The notes under the pieces were generated by a model. The model was not told the origin of the DNA, searched no databases, and saw nothing but the letters and a program-made list of their open reading frames with translations. Below are positions 18,238-26,836 of a stretch of DNA of 64,000 nt, piece after piece; the stretch's first letter is position 1; each line of letters opens with the position of its first letter. The translations under genes were made by a program, and so were the position numbers. The stretch comes from Verrucomicrobiales bacterium (GTDB taxonomy: Bacteria; Verrucomicrobiota; Verrucomicrobiia; Limisphaerales; CANJXF01): positions 33,463 through 97,462 of the forward strand of contig CANJXF010000009.1 of NCBI GenBank assembly GCA_947478865.1, in the 5' to 3' direction.

Positions 18238-18606
18238 ATGGCTCGTATTTTAGTCATCGATGACAACGCGCAGTTGCGGCAGATTTTGAAATTAACCCTG
18301 ACCAACGCGGGCCATGACTTCGTCGAAGCAGACGCTGGTGAACTGGGGTTGCAACTTTATAGGGAATTTCCAGCCGACCTGGTGATCATGGACATCATTC
18401 TGCCGAAAAAAGGCGGGCTGGAGACGATTCAGGAATTGAGGAAGGATTTTCCCGAAGCGAAGTTCATCGGGATTTCTGGCGGGTTCCAAAAGAAAACCGA
18501 CCACAACCAGACGCTGGCGGAATTGCTGGGCATTCAGCGAACTCTCTCCAAACCATTCACTTCGGAAGACTTGCTCAAAATGGTCTCTGAGGTCTTGACG
18601 GTGTGA
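18238..18606 (+). CDS. Single-domain response regulator (CheY-like receiver)
   Basis: MARILVIDDN...ADLVIMDIILPKKGGLETIQELRK...KFIGISGG: receiver acidic pocket and phospho-acceptor Asp context, with no output domain. Confidence 0.85.
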   Translation: MARILVIDDNAQLRQILKLTLTNAGHDFVEADAGELGLQLYREFPADLVIMDIILPKKGGLETIQELRKDFPEAKFIGISGGFQKKTDHNQTLAELLGIQRTLSKPFTSEDLLKMVSEVLTV

Positions 18607-18829
18607 TCGGGTTGCGGTTTCGCCGCTTGCTTAATGTCTGTGACTGAGTCGAGGTTCGAACGTTTCTCCGCCTCAGTTCGCCTCCCGTTTCTTCTCCAAA
18701 ATCCACTAAATAGTTTCAGGTTTCGCCCCGACCCAAATTACTGGGGCGAGCCCGATTGTTCTCTTTTTGCATCTGCCTAAGCTCAAGCCGCATTGCTGAA
18801 AAATACGAACAACAAACGCTAACAATTTT

Positions 18830-19078
18830 ATGATTACAAATGACTCAACTTGCACTGAATCCAATTTTGTCGGGAATCGCCTCGCCGGTTGTCTGAACTT
18901 GATCGGGCCGGATGGAAAAAGTTTGCAGCAAAAGTTTCTGATTGGAGAACCTCGATCCTGCGCCGCCGGTTCGGCTGAACAAATGAAGCAGCGCGGTTAC
19001 GTTGGCATTTACCAGAAAGAACGGATCACGAAATTCCGCCTGCCCAATTCGAACCTGACCATCCAGAAAACCTGGTGA
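18830..19078 (+). CDS. Hypothetical small protein (weak call)
   Basis: The only ORF in a 480-bp gap. No recognisable motifs. Kept because no competing feature explains the gap. Confidence 0.25.
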   Translation: MITNDSTCTESNFVGNRLAGCLNLIGPDGKSLQQKFLIGEPRSCAAGSAEQMKQRGYVGIYQKERITKFRLPNSNLTIQKTW

Positions 19079-19090
19079 TCTTCCAAAGGC

Positions 19091-21883
19091 TTACTCCAGC
19101 GCGAGTTTCCGAATTTCGTCTGCGTTCAGAGCGCGGGCGAACAAATAGAAATCTGCGAAACGCGCGGCTAAAAATTCGTTCCCGGTGTAATTCGGGTTTC
19201 CGCCCAACGCGCAATTTTTTGCCAGGGTTGTGGTGAATTCCGGGGCGGCGGACGAACCGGCCGGTTTGCCATTGAGGAACAGCGTCAGAGTGCCGCCGCG
19301 TTTTACTGCGGCCACATGTTGCCAGCGACCGGCTTCGATCACCGCGCTCGCAGTTGAGAATGCGCCCCCCGATTCGATGCCCGCAAAAACCTTGCCGTTT
19401 TTCACCATCAACCGGAGTGGGTCATCCATGCTCGCAGCCCAGGCGCTGAAAATCTGGCCGGGATGATTCGGTTGCGCCTCCTTCAAGCGTACGCGGACGG
19501 CGATGGTGAATTCTTCCTCCGGCCAGGCGGGCAACGCATAGACGAGCATCTGGTCGCGGCCATTGACTTCGGTGCCTTCAGCATCGCGAGATGTGAACTT
19601 CGCGGATTCAACCTGGCCGAATTGTGGCAAAGCCTCACCGCGCAGCGAGTGAACGATGAGCTCCCCATTCGGCCCGAGCCTGGGCTCAGGCGGCAATACT
19701 TGCTGGGAAGCGCTCGAATCGAGAACAAACTGCGCCGCAGGAACGTCTGGAATGCTTTCGCCATTGGTCCCGAGAGAAACGACGCGCCAAAATAATTTTG
19801 TGTGAGGGTCGCCCAGTTTTTCAGCCAGCGTTTTCGTATTGAGCGCGATTCGGTTTTCTGGACCGCCGTTGCGAGCGAGCAGCAAAGGAAGAAAGGATTC
19901 ATTCGTCGCGAATTCAATGCGATAAGTCGCGCCGCTAATCAGCGCTTTGGAACCACGTTGCACGCGCCATTGAAAACGGACTTCACCAACGGGCACACGC
20001 GCGCCATCGGCGGGAAGTTGCGCGAAGGCCGGTGCAGGTGGCGAGTCCGCCGCCGGCAACCATGAGCGATAGTGCGTGCCCGAAGCTCCCGCACTCGCAA
20101 AATCGATGAGACGCAACGAGCGGCCATCCGCTGTCGGCAAGTCGATGACCAACCACGGATCGATCAATGTACGGGTTGTGGCGGAGGTGCGGTCGCGCCG
20201 CGGTTTGGTTTCGACAACGCGCGCTTCCGCCAACTTCGCGGAAGCCACCGCCGGAATTGCCTCCTCATCAAAGGCGTTCTGGGCCTGATCGTAAGTGAGG
20301 AGCAGCGGTCCACGATAGAGTGACACCTTTCCCGCCGCTTCATTCGCGCCTGCGACTGATCGCAATGGCATCTTGAAACTAAGTTCGAGTTTATCGCTCT
20401 TGTTCCATTTGCGTTTCACGACCGAGTAATTTCCGGCGACGACGTTCGCGATGGGTTTTCCGTTGAGCAACAGCGTTGGTTCTTTGGCCCACGCAGGAAT
20501 CCGCAGGCGCACTGCGAACGGGTTTTTCGCCGGGGTTTTTATTCTTAATTCAGTTCGTCCACTTCGCCACGCGTCATCATTCGATGTGATCGTGGCCGGT
20601 GTTCCGTCGGCGAGTTTCAGGTTGAATTCGCCAGCGCCGAGCCAATTGAGGACCAACCCGTCGTTGCCTGACATGACCGCCCACTCGCTGAGCATGCCGG
20701 GGATGCGTGGACCGTTCACCGAGCAGCAGTTCAACTCCGGCGTCCCGGCGCGTGATTGAAAAACGATTGTGTGCGCGCTGGCTTCGCGGACGCCATCCAT
20801 CGGCGTGTTGTAGGTGAACCAGCGGCCGCTCGTGTGTTGCGCGCCAAGACCGCCATTGAGTGTGGAAAGTTCCAGTTCATCTGCCGCGTGCAAATCGCCG
20901 GTGAGCCGCAGGTAATCAATCGTGATCGCCATCCACGCGACCGTGCAGCAGGTTTCGATGGCGCTGGGCGTGTAAGGATTGCCGGTCGCCTGTTCGCCCG
21001 AACTGAAGCCGCCGGTGTTGCGACGGTCCCAGCGCCGGATGCTCCGCCAATGATGCTCGAACGCCTCGCGATATTTCGGCTCGCCCGTGATGCGCCACAT
21101 TTCCACGAGACCTTGCAAATCGTGCAGGCTTTCCCAGCGCGGCTTGGGCGAACGATAATATTCACGGCCATCCAATCCGGCGCGAAGATAATCCCCGGCG
21201 CGTTCCCAATCCTTCTCCACCTCGCGCGCCATGCGCAGATAACGCGGTTCGCCGGTGAAGCGATGCAGCATCGCCATGCCGGTGAGAATGGACATGTTCA
21301 TTTCCGAATCGCCGGTGTCGAACACGCGCTTGCCGGTGTCGAGGAACGTGTTGCAAACCAGGTCGCCTGCCTTGCGCGCCGCCGCCAGCGCTGCGGGATC
21401 GCCCGTTTGTTCGTGCCAGAGCAGCAGCGCCTGGATCGCGTGATAATGCCCCCAGAGATCCCAGTTTTTCAGCAGGCGAACATTCTTCGGAAACGGTCCG
21501 AGATAACCGTCGTCCGCCTGCGTCGCGATCAATTCGGCGACCACTTTCGCCGCCTGTGCGCGAAGGCGCGGGTCATCCGACATGCGCAACGCCTGCACGG
21601 AGGAGATCAAATATTTGCCGACGAATTCGCCCGCCCACGGCACCAGTTGCGGCTCGGGCTTGCGATCGCGCACGCGAAACATCTCGAGCATGCCGGGATT
21701 GGCCTGAGGCGCGTGCAGGAGCCAGTTATCGAGATTGGCGTGAATGCGTTCGCCGACGGGGCCGGAGAATTCAAAGCGGGCAAGCGGCAACGAATCAAAT
21801 GCCAGGCGATTGGTTGCCTCTGCCGGCAGGGTGAAAACACAATTGAAGATGAGCCATATGGCAAAAAGGAAACGAGTGATCAC
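19091..21883 (-). CDS. Secreted GH127-like (DUF1680, beta-L-arabinofuranosidase family) protein fused to a C-terminal LamG (concanavalin-like) domain
   Basis: Signal peptide. The N-terminal half carries GPVGERIHANLDNWLLHAPQANPGMLEMFRVRD ... WAGEFVGKYL ... WDLWGHYH, typical of DUF1680/GH127. The C-terminal part, ...IFSAWAASMDDPLRLMVKNGKVFAGIESGG...RWQHVAAVKRGGTLTLFLNGKPAG...ARFADFYLFARALNADEI, is a Laminin_G_3-type domain. Confidence 0.8.
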   Translation of the reverse strand: MITRFLFAIWLIFNCVFTLPAEATNRLAFDSLPLARFEFSGPVGERIHANLDNWLLHAPQANPGMLEMFRVRDRKPEPQLVPWAGEFVGKYLISSVQALRMSDDPRLRAQAAKVVAELIATQADDGYLGPFPKNVRLLKNWDLWGHYHAIQALLLWHEQTGDPAALAAARKAGDLVCNTFLDTGKRVFDTGDSEMNMSILTGMAMLHRFTGEPRYLRMAREVEKDWERAGDYLRAGLDGREYYRSPKPRWESLHDLQGLVEMWRITGEPKYREAFEHHWRSIRRWDRRNTGGFSSGEQATGNPYTPSAIETCCTVAWMAITIDYLRLTGDLHAADELELSTLNGGLGAQHTSGRWFTYNTPMDGVREASAHTIVFQSRAGTPELNCCSVNGPRIPGMLSEWAVMSGNDGLVLNWLGAGEFNLKLADGTPATITSNDDAWRSGRTELRIKTPAKNPFAVRLRIPAWAKEPTLLLNGKPIANVVAGNYSVVKRKWNKSDKLELSFKMPLRSVAGANEAAGKVSLYRGPLLLTYDQAQNAFDEEAIPAVASAKLAEARVVETKPRRDRTSATTRTLIDPWLVIDLPTADGRSLRLIDFASAGASGTHYRSWLPAADSPPAPAFAQLPADGARVPVGEVRFQWRVQRGSKALISGATYRIEFATNESFLPLLLARNGGPENRIALNTKTLAEKLGDPHTKLFWRVVSLGTNGESIPDVPAAQFVLDSSASQQVLPPEPRLGPNGELIVHSLRGEALPQFGQVESAKFTSRDAEGTEVNGRDQMLVYALPAWPEEEFTIAVRVRLKEAQPNHPGQIFSAWAASMDDPLRLMVKNGKVFAGIESGGAFSTASAVIEAGRWQHVAAVKRGGTLTLFLNGKPAGSSAAPEFTTTLAKNCALGGNPNYTGNEFLAARFADFYLFARALNADEIRKLALE

Positions 21884-22080
21884 CCCTCAAGTATGCGCAA
21901 AACGGATTGGTGGTAAATCGGAAATCTGAATCACGGGTCTTAGCGCTTCGAGTTAGTTCTTTTTGCGATACATTGGAACGACAATGGGATTGGTCAGATG
22001 AACAGAAGTCCGCATAAACAATTCACCGAAGGCGGCGTTGACACTCTCTATCATCTCACATCAAATCTCTGCATCACAAT

Positions 22081-23343
22081 ATGAGTGAATCAATGCGCGA
22101 ATACGTCGAGCAACTTCCCATTGTGGATGTGCATGAGCATCATCTGCCCGAGGTAATCCTTGAGCGTGAAATCAATCTCCTGCAACTGTTCCAGCAAAGC
22201 TACGCCGGTTGGGCGCAGGCCCGTCCGTATTGCCTGCCTTCCGAATCGCGCGATTCCGACCCCATGCTCGCGGCGGCCGGCCCGACCACGTGGGAAGCGC
22301 TCGCGCCATTCTTGGAGGACAGCGGCTCGAATTCCTTCGTGCGGAATCTCGTTCGCGCCGTCGTCGAGTTGCACGGCAGCGGCGCACCGGAGATCACGCG
22401 CGACAACTGGCAAGCTCTCGATACCGCAGTGCGTGCGGCGCATCGGCGGCCCGAGTGGCAGCGCGAAATCCTGAAGCGCGCCCGCATCACGACCGTCATC
22501 ACCGACGCCTACAATTATCCATTGCTCGACCCGCGCCCTGCGCTCGGCGCGAACTACCGTTCCGTGATGCGCACCAACTCGCTCGCGCTCGGCTGGCATC
22601 CCGATTCGCGCGATCACAATGGCAGCAGCGCGCATGAATTGTTGCAGCGCGTCGGATTGGGCGCTGGTTCGTTTGATGAATACCTCACCAGCCTTGAAAA
22701 GCTCGTGGATGGCATGGCAGCACGAGGACAAGTTGCGCTGAAGAACGCGCTCGCTTATGACCGCGACATTAATTTCGACGAACCGAACGAACCGCTGGCC
22801 CGCGCCGCTTGGGGCAAGGCCGCGCCATCACCGGCGGAGCGGAAGGCATTCGGTGATTTCATCGTGGATCATTTGTGTCGAATCGCTGCCGCACGCGACT
22901 TGCCGGTGCAGATGCATCTGGGCACGGGGATCATTCGCAGTTCGCACCCGCTCGGCGTCGCCGGGTTGATTGAACGGCATCCGCGCACCCGTTTCCTGCT
23001 GATGCATCTGGCGTATCCGTGGAGCCGCGATCTGCTCGGCATGGCGTTCGTCTATCGCAACATCTGGCTGGATTTGACCTGGTCGTTCCTGCTGAGTCCG
23101 TCGCACTTCAAGCTGGCGCTGCACGAAGCGATTGAAGTGTTGCCGAACGAAACCCGCATGATGCTCGGCGGCGACAACTGGCACGTGGAGGAAACCTACG
23201 GCGCGATGCAGACGGCGCGGCGGTTGATCGCCGAGGTGTTGGATGAAAAGCTGGCCAGCGGATATTTCAGCCGCGCCACCGCCGAGCGGCTCGCGCGCCG
23301 GATTTTGCACGAGAATGCGCGGGAGTTTTTTAAGCTTGGTTGA
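22081..23343 (+). CDS. Amidohydrolase-superfamily (amidohydrolase_2-like) metal-dependent hydrolase
   Basis: N-terminal PIVDVHEHH metal-binding motif, later VQMHLGTG and LLMHLAYPW strands, and a GGDN-type ending. TIM-barrel amidohydrolase pattern; substrate unknown. Confidence 0.75.
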   Translation: MSESMREYVEQLPIVDVHEHHLPEVILEREINLLQLFQQSYAGWAQARPYCLPSESRDSDPMLAAAGPTTWEALAPFLEDSGSNSFVRNLVRAVVELHGSGAPEITRDNWQALDTAVRAAHRRPEWQREILKRARITTVITDAYNYPLLDPRPALGANYRSVMRTNSLALGWHPDSRDHNGSSAHELLQRVGLGAGSFDEYLTSLEKLVDGMAARGQVALKNALAYDRDINFDEPNEPLARAAWGKAAPSPAERKAFGDFIVDHLCRIAAARDLPVQMHLGTGIIRSSHPLGVAGLIERHPRTRFLLMHLAYPWSRDLLGMAFVYRNIWLDLTWSFLLSPSHFKLALHEAIEVLPNETRMMLGGDNWHVEETYGAMQTARRLIAEVLDEKLASGYFSRATAERLARRILHENAREFFKLG

Positions 23344-23387
23344 ATTGGGAGCAAAATCTGATTTGTGAACGGGAGTTACACTGCAAC

Positions 23388-23454
23388 GGAGCGCCGGTCT
23401 GTGACCGGCTTTATGGCCTTTCCAAATCCAGAGCCGGTCACAAGCCGGCGCTCC
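23388..23454. repeat. Long imperfect inverted repeat (23-nt arms, 21-nt loop) between convergent genes; candidate bidirectional terminator or REP-like element
   Basis: ggagcgccggtcTGTGACCGGCT - 21 nt - AGCCGGTCACAagccggcgctcc. The arms are complementary except for a central dinucleotide. It lies between the stops at 23343 (+) and 23501 (-). Confidence 0.7.
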
Positions 23455-23500
23455 ATCTTGTCGGCGTTCCTGCGACTTGTGAAATACGAGGACTACCCGC

Positions 23501-23905
23501 TCAAACAGAATATTTCGCCACGATCCAATCGGGAATTTTTTCGGCGCGAGCGGTTTTCAAATTGACCATCGTGTATTCAAAGTAGCCGTCGCAGGAGAGT
23601 TTGGCGGTTTTCTGTTTGATGATTTCAAAGCGCACTTTCACTCCGCTCTTCAAGATTTCCTCGACCCAGGTTCGCACGATGAAATGGTCGCCCAAACCGA
23701 GGGGGCGCTTGAATTGCACGTGCGCCGTCGCGACGAACCAGCCGAAGCCGAGCTGAATAAATTCCTCCATCGCCATTTTGTAGCAACGCTCCATTTGGTC
23801 GTAGCGCGCGGCCAGCACGTAATCCATGTAGCGGCTGGCATGAACGTGCTGGTTCATGTCGATGTCGTCGGGGCGCACCTGCAAGGTGGTTTCGAATTTT
23901 TGCAT
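23501..23905 (-). CDS. Acyl-CoA thioesterase, 4HBT/YbgC-like hotdog fold
   Basis: MQKFETTLQVRPDDIDMNQHVHASRYMDYV...GFGWFVATAHVQFKRPLGLGDHFIVRTWV: the canonical hotdog thioesterase N-terminus with catalytic Asp context. Start moved to the internal Met (23905), which removes overlap with the upstream gene. Confidence 0.8.
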   Translation of the reverse strand: MQKFETTLQVRPDDIDMNQHVHASRYMDYVLAARYDQMERCYKMAMEEFIQLGFGWFVATAHVQFKRPLGLGDHFIVRTWVEEILKSGVKVRFEIIKQKTAKLSCDGYFEYTMVNLKTARAEKIPDWIVAKYSV

Positions 23906-23933
23906 CTGAGAATTGTTCTGACGCGGAATTGAA

Positions 23934-26225
23934 CTAGGGCAACTGCGTTCGCAATTCGTCTCGATACAGCCCGATTTTATCAACGGGCAGTTTCTGGAAT
24001 CCAAGTTTCCACGCGGGAGAATGGCGTTGAAGGGCGAAATCTTTGGCTCCGCTCGCGTCGCTTGGTGACGTGACAAATTTCGGTTCGGCGTTGGTTAAAT
24101 TATTCTCAAGCCGGAGCATGCTTGGCGTGGCGTGCCAGACGACCCGCAGCCATTTGCCGACGGAAATGTTGGTTGCCACGACGTTGTTCTCACCGGGAAC
24201 ACCGGTGAACGCCGCGCCCTCGATGCTTGGTCCGCCGGGCGGGCCGTAATACTTGTCGAGCGCGACGAGGTCGGGATAACGCTCCCGATAGAGAGGGGGC
24301 GGCACTTCCGATAGGCTTTTGCGCATCGTTTTGTCCACCATATCGTGCCAGACGGGGGCTTTGTCCAAGCCGCGCGCGTCGAGTTCCACGGCGTGATTGC
24401 AATCGACGAAGACATTGTTGATCACCTGATGATCGCGACCGCCGCCGAGAAAAGCCGCGCGTTGAACTTTGTAGAAAACGTTGCCAAAAATTTCCGCGCC
24501 GCTCACGCAGTCGTCCATGTAAATGCCCATTGAACCCATGCCGACGCCACCGGTGTGATGGATGAAATTATAACGCATGCGATTGCCGCGATAGGTGTAA
24601 TTGCGTCCGGCGTAGATCGCGCCGACGTCGCCGGTTTCGAGCGCGATGTGATGAATCTCGTTGAACTCCATCAGGTGGTCGTTGCCGTTGAAGAGAATGG
24701 CGCAGTGCGGATGGTCGTGAATGAGGTTGTGTGACGCGCGCATGCCGACGCCGTCCATCAAGATCGACGGGACGTAACATTTTGACCAGCGTCCCTGCCG
24801 TTGGAAATGGCAGTTCTCGACAAAATGCCCGCCGGGCGAAAGCGTTTTGCGATCGCCGCCGTTCAGAGAAACCCCGCCGTCGCCAGTGTCAAAAACATCG
24901 CAGCCAACCACGCCATGGCCGAGTCCGCCGTCGATGCGCACCCCGTAATTTCCGATGTTGCGAATCACGCAGCCCGCAATGCGGTTGTTCGCGCCACCGT
25001 TGATTTCAATGGCGTTGCCGCGGGTGGCTTCGAGAGTGATGCCGCGAAAGGTGACATCCGAAACGGCGTTGAGTTTTAGGAATGGCTGATCGAGGAGAGA
25101 CAGAATGACTTCGTCGGATTTCTGATTCGTGGAGATTGGATTCGGTGGCCAGAAGTAGAGAATTTTGGTTGCGCGGTCGAGGAACCATTCGCCGGGTTGA
25201 TCCAACTCCTCCAGCACGTTGAGGAAATAGAAACGTTGGCCTTTGCGAAATCCATACAAGCCGTGCGGTGCGGCCGTTTTTACGAGGTGTGTTTCCAGAT
25301 CGAGCGAAGCAACGCGTTCGTAGGAGTTCGCCCAATCCCAGGCCCAATAGCCATGTACCCAAAGATTGGTTGTTTCTTTCCAATGGCGCGGGCGATCGCC
25401 GCTGTAATTGAATCCGGCTTCGAGAATGCCGAGCGTTCCGCCGTGTTCATCGATGTGCCCGGTGGGAATTCCTGCGATCTGTTCAAAGGAGCCCTCGTTT
25501 GGCCAGCGTGCCAGCGTCATCGGTCTGCCGCCGGAAAAAAGTTCACAATGGGCCGCTGCGGTGGCGCGCCCGAATCCGCGCGATTTCATTTCGCCAAAAT
25601 CATTGATGCCAAGCGCGGCGAGATTGAGTTGCATGACTTTTCCGCGTGCGCTCGAGTCGAGTCGCGCCAGAACCGCTGGATCAGTCACGGTCTGAAATCC
25701 GTGGAGGGACCGGCCGCCGAGCAGGCGCGCCGTTTCGCCTTTGAAAGCGCGCCAGATAACCGGAGCCCTGGGCGAACCGGAATCGGCGGCAGTCAATTCG
25801 AGTGCGTTGGTGCGAAGGTAATCGCCGCCCCGCAGCCATACGGTCGTGCTGGTATTGGCCAGCGCGCCGGCGGCTTTTAAGCCGCGGATTTCATCGCGAG
25901 CACGTTCCAGCGTCGCGAACGGTTTGCCCTTGGTGCCGGGATTCTTGTCGCTGCCATTCGGAGCGACATATAAATCTCTGGCTGAACCCTCCAGTGGAAA
26001 TAGTGCGAAAACGGAAAAGAGGGCGAGAAGAGCAGTTCTCAGAAACTTTTTGCAATTTGCCTGGGCCTTTTCACCCGTGCAACTGGTCCGGGCAGCCGGT
26101 TTTGAAGGGCTGACGAGTAAGTGCAGATTCTCTGACTGGATTTGCGGAGTCATGGGCAGGAGATTACGAAACTGATTCGGACAGTCTATCGGAATTTCAA
26201 AGGAAGCCTCGGAGAGAAAGGACAA
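23934..26225 (-). CDS. Secreted right-handed parallel beta-helix repeat protein (pectate-lyase-fold; polysaccharide lyase or hydrolase candidate)
   Basis: RDLYVAPNGSDKNPGTKGKPFATLERARDEI after a signal peptide, then repeated beta-helix rungs (NAIEINGGANNRIAGCVIRNIGNYGVRIDGG..GHGVVGCDVFDTGDGGVSLNGG...). The likely true start is the Met at 26153 (MTPQIQ...). Confidence 0.8.
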   Translation of the reverse strand: MSFLSEASFEIPIDCPNQFRNLLPMTPQIQSENLHLLVSPSKPAARTSCTGEKAQANCKKFLRTALLALFSVFALFPLEGSARDLYVAPNGSDKNPGTKGKPFATLERARDEIRGLKAAGALANTSTTVWLRGGDYLRTNALELTAADSGSPRAPVIWRAFKGETARLLGGRSLHGFQTVTDPAVLARLDSSARGKVMQLNLAALGINDFGEMKSRGFGRATAAAHCELFSGGRPMTLARWPNEGSFEQIAGIPTGHIDEHGGTLGILEAGFNYSGDRPRHWKETTNLWVHGYWAWDWANSYERVASLDLETHLVKTAAPHGLYGFRKGQRFYFLNVLEELDQPGEWFLDRATKILYFWPPNPISTNQKSDEVILSLLDQPFLKLNAVSDVTFRGITLEATRGNAIEINGGANNRIAGCVIRNIGNYGVRIDGGLGHGVVGCDVFDTGDGGVSLNGGDRKTLSPGGHFVENCHFQRQGRWSKCYVPSILMDGVGMRASHNLIHDHPHCAILFNGNDHLMEFNEIHHIALETGDVGAIYAGRNYTYRGNRMRYNFIHHTGGVGMGSMGIYMDDCVSGAEIFGNVFYKVQRAAFLGGGRDHQVINNVFVDCNHAVELDARGLDKAPVWHDMVDKTMRKSLSEVPPPLYRERYPDLVALDKYYGPPGGPSIEGAAFTGVPGENNVVATNISVGKWLRVVWHATPSMLRLENNLTNAEPKFVTSPSDASGAKDFALQRHSPAWKLGFQKLPVDKIGLYRDELRTQLP

Positions 26226-26272
26226 CGCTCGAGTGAATCAGACGAGGGAAACGCAAACGGGCTCAGAGCGGA

Positions 26273-26653
26273 TTAAACCACGACATCCAGATGACCGTCG
26301 GGGAATTGAAGCACTACCTGAACCCCGATCAATTTCTTCTTCACGGCATATCGCTTTGCTTCATCGGCTTGCTGGAAAGCCATCGCGCCTTTTGAGGTAT
26401 CCAGCCATTCGTCAGAAATATGCAGAAATTTTGAAGTTTTCTCATCCTGCAAGAGCACGCGCATATTCAGGGTGCGACAGTAATAATCCGTGTCGGTTTC
26501 ACCGGCCTCTTTTTCGGGCTTAGTGTCGGGTGATTTCATGCTGTCGGGCATTCTAATTGGGCCTCCAAGCCATTGCAAATTCTGTTTCATTCTGTTTCGT
26601 GGTTCAAAAGTATTGGATCTCACTTTCAACCAACGGCGGCGGCGCTCAGGCAT
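26273..26653 (-). CDS. Hypothetical small protein (start uncertain)
   Basis: The ORF fills the gap between the beta-helix gene and araB. The C-terminal 65 aa (YYCRTLNMRVLLQDEKTSKFLHISDEWLD...KKKLIGVQVVLQFPDGHLDVVV) look protein-like. No family recognised. Confidence 0.35.
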   Translation of the reverse strand: MPERRRRWLKVRSNTFEPRNRMKQNLQWLGGPIRMPDSMKSPDTKPEKEAGETDTDYYCRTLNMRVLLQDEKTSKFLHISDEWLDTSKGAMAFQQADEAKRYAVKKKLIGVQVVLQFPDGHLDVVV

Positions 26654-26836
26654 GCGCTGGACCGATACGGTGTGGTAGATGCTTAATTAAGTTGGGGAGC
26701 TGTTATTGTCTCTTTGGTTCCATCATTAAATTGAAATAGGCCCGATAAATGATTGGTCTTTTTTCAAGAAACCTTTTATCAAAAGCGAAATCGCCCAATT
26801 TCTAGTGATGCACGCTCGATTCAACGCAATTTAAAG

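Noticed and set aside
18648-18660. GTCGAGGTTCGAA resembling the T-arm of the tRNA-Gly at 38862-38938 (possible att remnant)
   Set aside because: The similarity stops after 13 nt, there is no acceptor-stem match, and there is no integrase or direct repeat partner. Likely chance.
20756-21916. 386-aa ORF on the plus strand
   Set aside because: Antisense to the GH127-LamG gene. Low-complexity Arg/Ala-rich translation. Shadow ORF.
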